From the NCBI GenBank assembly GCA_964434705.1, contig CAYSVY010000012.1, forward strand, positions 13,252 through 77,251: DNA of 64,000 bases, written 5' to 3'. A program made the translations under genes and the position numbers. Below, piece after piece: positions 9,310 to 17,641 of this stretch. Source of the DNA: an uncultured Flavobacteriaceae bacterium (GTDB lineage: Bacteria; Bacteroidota; Bacteroidia; Flavobacteriales; Flavobacteriaceae). A model generated the notes under the pieces. It was not told where the DNA came from and ran no database searches. It saw only the letters and a list, made by a program, of their open reading frames with translations. Numbering within the stretch: position 1 is the stretch's first letter; each line of letters starts with the position of its first letter.

Positions 9310-10269
9310 ATGCTAAAAGCTGGTGTTCTTGGTGCTGGTCACCTTGGTAAAATTCACTTAAGATTACTCAATCAATCCAATAAATATGAGCTTGTTGGCT
9401 TTTATGATGCCGATCCTGAAAATGCCAAAAAAGTAGTTGATGAGTTCGGTTATACATACTTTGATTCTATTGATACACTTATTGACGCCGTTGATGTGGT
9501 AGATATTGTAACACCAACATTATCGCATTATGAGTGTGCCAAAAAAGCCATAAAAAAAGGTAAACATATTTTTATTGAAAAGCCCATTACCAACACGGTT
9601 GAAGAAGCTGAAACTATTAGAACCTTGGTTGCTGAGCATGGTGTAAAAGGCCAAGTTGGACACGTAGAGCGTTTTAATCCGGCATTTATTGCGGTTAAAG
9701 ATCAGCTTGAAAACCCAATGTTTATTGAGACACATCGCTTGGCAGAATTCAATCCTCGTGGAACCGATGTGCCTGTGGTTTTGGATTTAATGATTCATGA
9801 TATCGATATAATTCTGAGTGTGGTAAATTCTCCTGTAAAAGATATTTCGGCAAGTGGTGTTTCGGTTATTAGCGATACGCCAGATATTGCCAACGCTCGT
9901 ATCGAATTCAAAAACGGTTGTGTAGCCAATTTAACAGCAAGCCGAATTTCATTAAAAAATATGCGCAAAACGCGTTTCTTTCAAAAGGATGCTTATATCT
10001 CTGTAGATTTTTTAGAAAAGAAATGCGAAGTAGTAAAAATGAAAGACGCACCAGAAAATCCGGGCGATTTTGATATGATTTTGCAAAATGCGGAAGGTTT
10101 AAAAAAGCAAATCTATTTTGACAATCCTGAAGTGGAAAACAACAACGCCATTTTAGATGAGTTGGAAACCTTTGCAGATGCTATCAATAACAACACAAAA
10201 CCCATTGTAACCTTACATGACGGCACTGAAGCGTTGCGCGTGGCAAACATGATTATTAATCAGTTTTAG
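9310..10269 (+). CDS. Gfo/Idh/MocA family oxidoreductase
   Basis: GAGHLG Rossmann motif, EKP, VGHVERFNPA, DLMIHD. Confidence 0.9.
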   Translation: MLKAGVLGAGHLGKIHLRLLNQSNKYELVGFYDADPENAKKVVDEFGYTYFDSIDTLIDAVDVVDIVTPTLSHYECAKKAIKKGKHIFIEKPITNTVEEAETIRTLVAEHGVKGQVGHVERFNPAFIAVKDQLENPMFIETHRLAEFNPRGTDVPVVLDLMIHDIDIILSVVNSPVKDISASGVSVISDTPDIANARIEFKNGCVANLTASRISLKNMRKTRFFQKDAYISVDFLEKKCEVVKMKDAPENPGDFDMILQNAEGLKKQIYFDNPEVENNNAILDELETFADAINNNTKPIVTLHDGTEALRVANMIINQF

Positions 10270-10345
10270 TCCATAATGGACATTTGGCATAAAATAATTT
10301 ATAAATATTAAAATTTCTCTTCTTTGGAGAGATTAAGAAAAGCTT

Positions 10346-11233
10346 ATGAAAAACATAGCAGTTATTGGTGCTGGTACTATGGGAAATGGTATTGCACACA
10401 CCTTTGCACAATCTGGATTCAAGGTAAATTTAATAGACATTAGTGAAGCGTCACTAGAACGTGGATTGGCTACCATTTCTAAAAATTTGGATAGAATGGT
10501 TGCTAAAGAAAAAATAAGTGAAGCCAACAAAGCAGAAACTTTAAATAACATTACCACATTTACCGACTCAACAGCTGGCGTTACCAATACTGATTTGGTG
10601 GTGGAAGCGGCCACGGAAAATTTAGACCTAAAGCTTAAAATATTTAAACAACTTGATGACGTTTGTGCAGAAGACACCATTCTGGCTACAAACACATCAT
10701 CAATATCTATTACGCAAATTGCTTCGGTAACATCGCGACCTGAAAAAGTGATTGGCATGCACTTTATGAATCCAGTTCCTATAATGAAACTGGTAGAAAT
10801 TATTCGTGGTTACAATACGTCGGACGACGTAACAAATACCATAATGGAACTCTCCAAAACCTTGGGCAAAGTGCCTACGGAAGTTAATGATTACCCAGGT
10901 TTTGTCGCCAATCGTATTCTAATGCCAATGCTCAACGAAGCTATTGAATCATTGTACAATGGCGTTGCTGGTGTTAGTGAAATTGATACCGTAATGAAGT
11001 TAGGAATGGCGCACCCAATGGGACCACTACAATTGGCAGATTTTATTGGTTTAGATGTGTGTTTGTCTATTTTAAACGTGATGTACGATGGTTTTAAAAA
11101 CCCAAAATATGCGCCATGTCCGTTGTTGGTAAATATGGTTATGGCAGGTAAACTCGGTGTAAAATCTGGTGAAGGTTTTTATGATTATTCCGAAAGTCGA
11201 AAGGCTGAAAAAATTTCGAAGCAGTTTGTCTAG
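10346..11233 (+). CDS. hbd: 3-hydroxybutyryl-CoA dehydrogenase
   Basis: GAGTMGNGIA, VEAATE, ATNTSSISI, GMHFMNPVP, PMGPLQLADFIGLD. Confidence 0.9.
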   Translation: MKNIAVIGAGTMGNGIAHTFAQSGFKVNLIDISEASLERGLATISKNLDRMVAKEKISEANKAETLNNITTFTDSTAGVTNTDLVVEAATENLDLKLKIFKQLDDVCAEDTILATNTSSISITQIASVTSRPEKVIGMHFMNPVPIMKLVEIIRGYNTSDDVTNTIMELSKTLGKVPTEVNDYPGFVANRILMPMLNEAIESLYNGVAGVSEIDTVMKLGMAHPMGPLQLADFIGLDVCLSILNVMYDGFKNPKYAPCPLLVNMVMAGKLGVKSGEGFYDYSESRKAEKISKQFV

Positions 11234-11309
11234 TATGCAGTAAGCAGTTGCAGTTGACAGTTTATTAAAAATAGTTGACTGATGACTGCAAACTAAAAAC
11301 TAAAAGCTA
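11231..11309. repeat. Two-armed degenerate heptamer array (CAGT arm / ACTG arm, inverted)
   Basis: YAGT at 11231, 11238, 11245, 11251, 11258; ACTR at 11278, 11285, 11292, 11299. Confidence 0.8.
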
Positions 11310-12547
11310 TGGCCAAAGTAAAACCTTTTAAAGCAGTCCGTCCAACTCGCGCTATTGTGGGTTTGGTGGCGTCGCGTCCGTATGACAGCTATACTGTTGA
11401 TGAACGCGAATCGCGGATGGATTACAACCCGTATAGTTTTTTGCATATTGTAAATCCTGGTTACAAATATGACCAAGTGATTACTGGTGAAGAACGCTAT
11501 AAATTAGTACGAAACAGGTATTTGGAATTTAAAGAAGATGGCGTTTTTGTTCAAGATGAAAAACCGTCGCTTTACGTTTATAAAATTGTAAATCGTCATG
11601 GGCAAGTGTTTAATGGTATCATTGGCGCCACAAGTGCTGAAGATTATAAAAACAATGTCATAAAAAAGCACGAAGATACTATTGCCAAACGCGAAGAAAC
11701 CTTTAAAACCTACCTAAAAACAGTTGGCTTTAATGCAGAACCTGTGCTTCTTACCTATCCGGATAATACAGTTATTGCACAAATTATATCGGACGTACAA
11801 AAACAACATGCCGAGTTTGAGTTTACCATGACTTACCGTGATACGCACTATTTATGGAAAATCGACGATGACGAACAGTTGAAAACAATTCAACAGGAAT
11901 TTGAAAATATAGCAACGCTATATATTGCCGATGGCCATCATAGGTCGGCATCATCGGCTTTATTGGCGCAAAATGAATCGGAAGCAAACCCAAACCATTC
12001 AGGTTTGGAATCTTATAATTTCTTTATGTCGTATTTAATACCGGAATCGGATTTGGTAATTCATGAATTTAGCCGATTGGTGAAAGACTTAAACGGACTT
12101 TCAAAAGAAGAATTTTTAATTCAGTTAGACGCTGTTTTCAGAATAGAAAATCGCGGAGCTGTTCCGTATCATCCATCAAAACCGCATCATTTTAGCATGT
12201 ATTTAGATGGTGAGTTTTATTCGTTATACCTCAGAAAAACCCGTTACACGTTTGAAAACGCCTTAGATAAATTAGATGCGCAATTGCTATACAAAACAAT
12301 ACTGCAACCCATTTTGGGCATTGAGGATTTACGTAACAACAACCGTATTGAATACGTTAATGGCAGGCACGAAATGATTACAATTAAAAGCAGTGTCGAT
12401 TCGGGAAATTTTAAAGTGGGCTTTGGTATGATTCCTGCAACGGTAAACCAAATTAAACAAATTGCTGATGAAGGTTTAAAAATGCCACCAAAAAGCACTT
12501 ATATTTTGCCAAAGCTTAGAAGTGGTATTACGATATATGAATTTTAG
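11309..12547 (+). CDS. DUF1015 family protein
   Basis: PFKAVRP, IKKHEDT, YIADGHHRSAS, MPPKSTYILPKLRSG. Confidence 0.9.
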   Translation: MAKVKPFKAVRPTRAIVGLVASRPYDSYTVDERESRMDYNPYSFLHIVNPGYKYDQVITGEERYKLVRNRYLEFKEDGVFVQDEKPSLYVYKIVNRHGQVFNGIIGATSAEDYKNNVIKKHEDTIAKREETFKTYLKTVGFNAEPVLLTYPDNTVIAQIISDVQKQHAEFEFTMTYRDTHYLWKIDDDEQLKTIQQEFENIATLYIADGHHRSASSALLAQNESEANPNHSGLESYNFFMSYLIPESDLVIHEFSRLVKDLNGLSKEEFLIQLDAVFRIENRGAVPYHPSKPHHFSMYLDGEFYSLYLRKTRYTFENALDKLDAQLLYKTILQPILGIEDLRNNNRIEYVNGRHEMITIKSSVDSGNFKVGFGMIPATVNQIKQIADEGLKMPPKSTYILPKLRSGITIYEF

Positions 12548-12611
12548 ATTAGACTTTTAGACCGCTTTGCTTTTAGATTATTAGACAAAAGACTATAAAC
12601 AGACGATTAGA
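12544..12611. repeat. Degenerate TTAGA short-period array
   Basis: TTAGA at 12544, 12549, 12557, 12573, 12581, 12607; irregular 5-8 bp spacing. Confidence 0.55.
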
Positions 12612-12627
12612 AAAAATATCTGTAAGT

Positions 12628-12649
12628 TGTCACCTTGAGCGCAGTCGAA
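12628..12649 (+). repeat. REP-like element TGTCACCTTGAGCGCAGTCGAA
   Basis: Near-identical to copies at 42038-42063, 49171-49192 and 49222-49243. Confidence 0.8.
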
Positions 12650-12684
12650 TGGTCTTATTAGCTTGATTAATATTTTAGAACAAA

Positions 12685-13353
12685 ATGTACATAAAACAAA
12701 ACCTTAATAACATAAAATCTTCCATTCCTGAAAACGTTACACTTGTAGCGGTTTCCAAAACAAAACCCGTTAGCGATTTAATGGAAGCCTACAATTCTGG
12801 TCAGCGCGTATTTGGCGAAAATAAAATTCAGGAAATGACTGAAAAATATGAGCACCTACCAAAAGATATTGAGTGGCATATGATTGGCCATGTACAACGC
12901 AACAAGGTAAAATATATGGCAGAGTTTGTAAGTTTAATTCATGCTGTAGATAGCTTAAGATTACTACAAGAAATAAACAAACAAGCTCAGAAACATAATC
13001 GGGTTATCAATTGTTTACTTCAAATAAAAATAGCGCAAGAAGACAGCAAATTTGGAATGGAAGCCAATGAAGCTTCTACTCTACTACAATCCGAAGCATT
13101 AACTGAATTTCAGAACATTAAAATAGTTGGGCTTATGGGCATGGCAACATTTACCAAAGATATGGCTCAGGTTAAATCTGAATTTGAGTTTTTGAAAAAT
13201 ACATTCGATGAGCTTAAACAACTCAAAACTCAAAACTCAGAACTCAGAACTCTAAGTATGGGCATGAGTGGCGATTACCAATTGGCTATTGACTGTGGAA
13301 GCAACATGATTCGCGTTGGAAGTAGTATATTTGGATCAAGAAATTATTCTTAA
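12685..13353 (+). CDS. yggS: YggS family pyridoxal-phosphate homeostasis protein
   Basis: LVAVSKT, FGENKIQE, WHMIGHVQRNK, LSMGMSGDY, MIRVGSSIFG. Confidence 0.95.
   Translation: MYIKQNLNNIKSSIPENVTLVAVSKTKPVSDLMEAYNSGQRVFGENKIQEMTEKYEHLPKDIEWHMIGHVQRNKVKYMAEFVSLIHAVDSLRLLQEINKQAQKHNRVINCLLQIKIAQEDSKFGMEANEASTLLQSEALTEFQNIKIVGLMGMATFTKDMAQVKSEFEFLKNTFDELKQLKTQNSELRTLSMGMSGDYQLAIDCGSNMIRVGSSIFGSRNYS
13220..13254 (+). repeat. Intragenic heptamer array (AACTCAR x5) in yggS
   Basis: AACTCAA AACTCAA AACTCAG AACTCAG AACTCTA. Confidence 0.9.
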
Positions 13354-13433
13354 GTAAGTAGTGTAAAGTAGTTAGTTTTGCTAGTCGTCAAAAACTTTTT
13401 ACTTTACACTTTTAAACTTTACACTATTCAGCT
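13353..13433. repeat. Two-armed degenerate heptamer array (AGT arm / ACT arm, inverted)
   Basis: AGT at 13353, 13360, 13367, 13374; ACT at 13394, 13401, 13408, 13416, 13423. Confidence 0.75.
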
Positions 13434-14795
13434 ATCTACGCAATACTCGACATAGAAACCACTGGCGGAAAGTACAATGAAGAAGGCATTACCGAGATTG
13501 CTATTTACCAATTTGATGGTCATAAAATCACTGACCAATTTATTAGCTTAGTAAATCCTGAACGTGACATTCAACCTTTCGTTGTTAACCTTACAGGTAT
13601 CAACAATAAAATGTTACGCAATGCACCAAAATTTTATGAGGTAGCCAAACGTATTGTTGAAATTACCGAAAACTGCATCATAGTTGCACACAATTCGGAA
13701 TTTGATTATCGGATATTAAAGACTGAATTTAAACGACTTGGCTTTCCGTTTAAACGCAAAACATTGTGTACGGTTGAACTTGCAAAGCAGTTAATACCAG
13801 ATATGCCATCGTACAGTTTGGGCAAATTATCGCGTGCGTTAGGTATAGCCATGAGCGACAGACATCGCGCTGATGGTGATGCTAAAGCAACCGTTAAACT
13901 CTTCAAATTATTACTAAGTAAAGATTCAAAAAAAGAAATAATTAAAGCTTCGGTTAAGGTTGAACAGAAATCAAAAATAGCTTCAAACCTCAGAACCATT
14001 ATTGACGAAATGCCATCGGATACAGGTGTGTATTACATTCATAACGACGCTGGCGATATTATTTATATTGGCAAAAGCAACAATATTAGAAAACGCATCA
14101 CGCAACACTTTACCAATTCAAACTCAAAATCAAAAAAAATTCAGGCATTAGTGGCATCAGTTTCCTTTGAAAAAACTGGGAGCGAACTCGTTGCTCTTTT
14201 AAAAGAAAGTGAAGAAATAAAGAAAAACAAACCCATTTTAAACAGAGCTTTAAAACGAAATAAATTCACCCAAGGTTTATATAGTTTTACAGATGATAAT
14301 GGTTATGTAAACTTACGCATCAATCACCTTAAACAAAACGAAAAACCAATTACAACCTTTACCAACAGGCAAAGTGGTATTTCGTTTATAAACCGAATGA
14401 TTGAAGATTATGAACTTTGCCCAAAATTGTGCGGTATTCAAAAATCGGAAACCAGTTGCTTTAACTACCACATAAAAGAATGTCATGGTGCTTGTATTAA
14501 AGAAGAATCTGCTGAGATATACAATAAACGCGCAAACGCTGTTATTCAAAAAAATAGCTACGACAATAAAAATATGGTACTCATAGATCGTGGTCGTGAT
14601 ATCGAGGAAAAAAGTGTAATACTAGTTGAAAATGGTACGTTTAAAGGTTTGGGGTTTTATGACTTAAATCATCAAATAAACAATATAGAGATATTACATT
14701 CGCTTATAACTCCGATGCAAAATAACAGAGATACGCAACATATTATTCAGAGCTATATGCGAAGAAATAAAAGACTCAAAATTATACAATTATAA
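13434..14795 (+). CDS. DEDDh 3'-5' exonuclease (Pol III epsilon-like) + GIY-YIG (UvrC-like) domain protein; inferred non-canonical ATC start
   Basis: In-frame IYAILDIETTGGKYNEEGITEIA upstream of ORF-track ATG 13611; AHNSEFD, HRADGDA, GVYYIH...YIGKS. Confidence 0.85.
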   Translation: MYAILDIETTGGKYNEEGITEIAIYQFDGHKITDQFISLVNPERDIQPFVVNLTGINNKMLRNAPKFYEVAKRIVEITENCIIVAHNSEFDYRILKTEFKRLGFPFKRKTLCTVELAKQLIPDMPSYSLGKLSRALGIAMSDRHRADGDAKATVKLFKLLLSKDSKKEIIKASVKVEQKSKIASNLRTIIDEMPSDTGVYYIHNDAGDIIYIGKSNNIRKRITQHFTNSNSKSKKIQALVASVSFEKTGSELVALLKESEEIKKNKPILNRALKRNKFTQGLYSFTDDNGYVNLRINHLKQNEKPITTFTNRQSGISFINRMIEDYELCPKLCGIQKSETSCFNYHIKECHGACIKEESAEIYNKRANAVIQKNSYDNKNMVLIDRGRDIEEKSVILVENGTFKGLGFYDLNHQINNIEILHSLITPMQNNRDTQHIIQSYMRRNKRLKIIQL

Positions 14796-16751
14796 ATGAG
14801 AAAACTACTTCAACTTATTTTAATATTACTACCTGCGGTTCTCTTTGCTCAGGAATTTGATTTGAGCATGAATGTAACCAGATCAGAACTTGCAACAACA
14901 AAATTCCCAAAAGATTCCACAGCAGATGCACTGATGATCTATGATTATGGCAACGCCTATTTTGATGAAGACACATGGAAACTCACCTTAAAATATAAAC
15001 AGAAAATAAAAATACTCTCTAAAGAAGGTTTAGATAGAGGCGAAAAATTTATTCGGATATATAATGATGGCCCAAATAAAGAGAAAATAACGAATATCAA
15101 TGCTGTAACATACAACCTAGAAGGTAATTCTGTTGTAACCTCAAAACTCAATGAAGATGATATTCTTATTGAAGAGGTAGATAAAAACTGGTCCATTGTA
15201 AAACTGGTATTGCCAAATGTAAAGGTTGGTAGTATTGTTACCTTCAGCTACACAAAGACAACAGATTATATAAGGAATTTTGCACCATGGTATTTTCAAA
15301 CTTCCGACCCAGTTCTCTACAGCGAATACAATACCAGTATTCCTGGCAATTACCAATACCACACAAAACTTGTTGGGTATTTACCACTTAAAACTAATAC
15401 TAGCAGAATAAAAAAGAGCTGTCTTGAAAGCGGAGATGCCTATGCAGACTGCATAGTATCAAAATATGTTATGGTGGATTTACCAGCATATAAAGAAGAA
15501 AGCTTCACAACGACTTCTGAAAATTATATTTCTCACATTTCTTATGAATTGAGCGAAACCAAAAATTTTATTGGAGATGTAAAACGCTACACAAAAAGTT
15601 GGAGAGATATTGAAAAGGAATTCAAATACGATAAAAATTTTGGTAAGCAACTTGGAAAAACCAATCTCATAAAAGATGTTTTGCCATTGGATATCGCTAC
15701 TAAGAATAAAGATTTAAACAAAGCAAAAGCGATTTACCAATTTGTATTGGACAACTACAGCTGGAATGATGAATATGGACGTTCCGATGCTTCAGTAAGT
15801 AGACTATTAAAGGATAAAGGCGGTAATGCTTTTGAGCTCAATTTGCTTCTCGAGAATTTGCTAACAGATTCAGGATTCAAAGTTTACCCTGTATTGGTAT
15901 CGACGAGAAATAATGGATTTGCAACAAAATTATTCCCCAACATAACCGAGTTTAATTATTTTGTTTTAAAAACCACTATTGATGGTAAAAGTTATTTTTT
16001 AGATGCCACTAACCCTTACTTAGCTTTTGGTGAGCTACCATATAGATGCCTTAATCACTATGGAAGACTTTTGGATTTTGAAAATAAAAAAAGCAAGTGG
16101 ACAGATATAAATGCAACCGGCTATTCTACCGTACAAGTTGGTACCAAATTAAAACTAAATGAAGATCTTGTACTAACAGGAACACTTAAAAGGAACTTAT
16201 CTGGTTATTTTTCTCATGGCAACAAGCGGAAATATTCTGAAAATCCTGACGATTATTTAAATGAATTGAAGAGTGATTTTACATTTGGGACTATTAAGAA
16301 TCATAAAGTAATAAGCGAGAAAAAGAATAGCCCAAGATTCAAGGAAGAAATGGAAATTACTCTTGAAGATGAATTTATTGGAGATAAAATATACCTGAAT
16401 CCATTTGCTGAAAAGTTTTACGATGAAAATCCGTTTAAGCTTCAAGAAAGAACCTACCCCATAGATTTTGGGTTTAAACAAGTTTTTATGTATGCCTATG
16501 AGGTTGAATTGGGCAATAAATTAAAAGTTTCAAAACTCCCTGAAAACGTTTCACTTGCGTTACCAAACAAATCGGGGTCTGCAATTTTCTCCTGTACATC
16601 TAACGAAGATAAACTATCGGTCTTTATCAAAATAAAGTTAGATAAAGCTGTTTATGCTCCAGAATATTACCAGAGCTTAAAGTCTTTTATTGGTCAGGTT
16701 GTTGATATCCAAAAAAACACAATTGTAGTTCTTGAAAAGAATAATATATAG
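14796..16751 (+). CDS. DUF3857 / transglutaminase-like domain protein
   Basis: Signal peptide; PNVKVGSIV, PWYFQ, VLVSTRNNG, YFLDAT, ERTYPIDFG. Confidence 0.8.
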   Translation: MRKLLQLILILLPAVLFAQEFDLSMNVTRSELATTKFPKDSTADALMIYDYGNAYFDEDTWKLTLKYKQKIKILSKEGLDRGEKFIRIYNDGPNKEKITNINAVTYNLEGNSVVTSKLNEDDILIEEVDKNWSIVKLVLPNVKVGSIVTFSYTKTTDYIRNFAPWYFQTSDPVLYSEYNTSIPGNYQYHTKLVGYLPLKTNTSRIKKSCLESGDAYADCIVSKYVMVDLPAYKEESFTTTSENYISHISYELSETKNFIGDVKRYTKSWRDIEKEFKYDKNFGKQLGKTNLIKDVLPLDIATKNKDLNKAKAIYQFVLDNYSWNDEYGRSDASVSRLLKDKGGNAFELNLLLENLLTDSGFKVYPVLVSTRNNGFATKLFPNITEFNYFVLKTTIDGKSYFLDATNPYLAFGELPYRCLNHYGRLLDFENKKSKWTDINATGYSTVQVGTKLKLNEDLVLTGTLKRNLSGYFSHGNKRKYSENPDDYLNELKSDFTFGTIKNHKVISEKKNSPRFKEEMEITLEDEFIGDKIYLNPFAEKFYDENPFKLQERTYPIDFGFKQVFMYAYEVELGNKLKVSKLPENVSLALPNKSGSAIFSCTSNEDKLSVFIKIKLDKAVYAPEYYQSLKSFIGQVVDIQKNTIVVLEKNNI

Positions 16752-16768
16752 TTTTGTAAATTTAAGCA

Positions 16769-17641
16769 ATGGAAGCTACTACAAAACACAATTGGCGGTC
16801 TCGATTACACGAGCTTATTTACGAAGCTGATACAAAAGCAGGAAAGTTTTTTGACGTTGTTTTATTCCTAGCCATACTTGCTAGTATTATTCTGGTAATG
16901 CTAGAAAGTATTAATAGCTTTGATGAAAAGTATCATGCCTTTCTTGATGTTGCAGAATGGATTATCACTGTTTTATTTACTATTGAGTATATAGCAAGGG
17001 TTATTTCTGTAAAACAACCACTTAAATATATTTTTAGCTTTTATGGCATTGTAGATTTATTAGCAACCATTCCGAAGTATTTATCATTACTACTAGGTGG
17101 TGCTCAAGCATTAGCAACATTGCGTGCATTACGGCTTCTCCGCATATTCCGAATTTTGAAGCTAGCGAGATATTTAGGCGCATCTAACCAATTAGCAATA
17201 GCTATAAAGGCAAGTCGTGCAAAAATTGCTGTGTTTCTATTTGCGGTACTCATAGCATCAGTCATTTTTGGTTCTATTATGTACTTGGTAGAAGGTGAGG
17301 AAAATGGATTTACTAATATACCTAAAAGTGTATATTGGTGTATAGTAACCCTAACAACAGTTGGATTTGGAGATATTGCGCCTGTAACCCCATTTGGCCA
17401 ATTTATAGCCACAATTATCATGATTTTGGGTTATGGTATTATTGCAGTACCGACAGGTATTGTCTCAGCGGAATATACCAAAGCCTCAAAAGATGATAAA
17501 GAAAAGCTAACTGACGAAGAGCATGAGCAACTGAAAACGGTAGTCTATAATACCCAATGCTGTGAAAACTGCCTCACCAACGAGCATAGAGATGGTGCTC
17601 ACTTCTGTTACAGATGTGGACACGAATTGCATCATGAGTAA
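16769..17641 (+). CDS. Ion transporter (voltage-gated K+ channel family) with C-terminal CxxC..CxxC
   Basis: S4-like LRALRLLRIFRILKL; filter TLTTVGFGD; CCENC...CYRC. Confidence 0.9.
   Translation: MEATTKHNWRSRLHELIYEADTKAGKFFDVVLFLAILASIILVMLESINSFDEKYHAFLDVAEWIITVLFTIEYIARVISVKQPLKYIFSFYGIVDLLATIPKYLSLLLGGAQALATLRALRLLRIFRILKLARYLGASNQLAIAIKASRAKIAVFLFAVLIASVIFGSIMYLVEGEENGFTNIPKSVYWCIVTLTTVGFGDIAPVTPFGQFIATIIMILGYGIIAVPTGIVSAEYTKASKDDKEKLTDEEHEQLKTVVYNTQCCENCLTNEHRDGAHFCYRCGHELHHE

Noticed and set aside
10316-10332. Small hairpin TCTCTTC-TTT-GGAGAGA before hbd, reminiscent of another flavobacterial REP type
   Set aside because: Single degenerate 7-bp stem with no second copy in the window.
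13434-14795. GIY-YIG domain as a homing or mobile endonuclease
   Set aside because: Fused to a DEDDh exonuclease in an operonic housekeeping context; no intron or mobile-element features.
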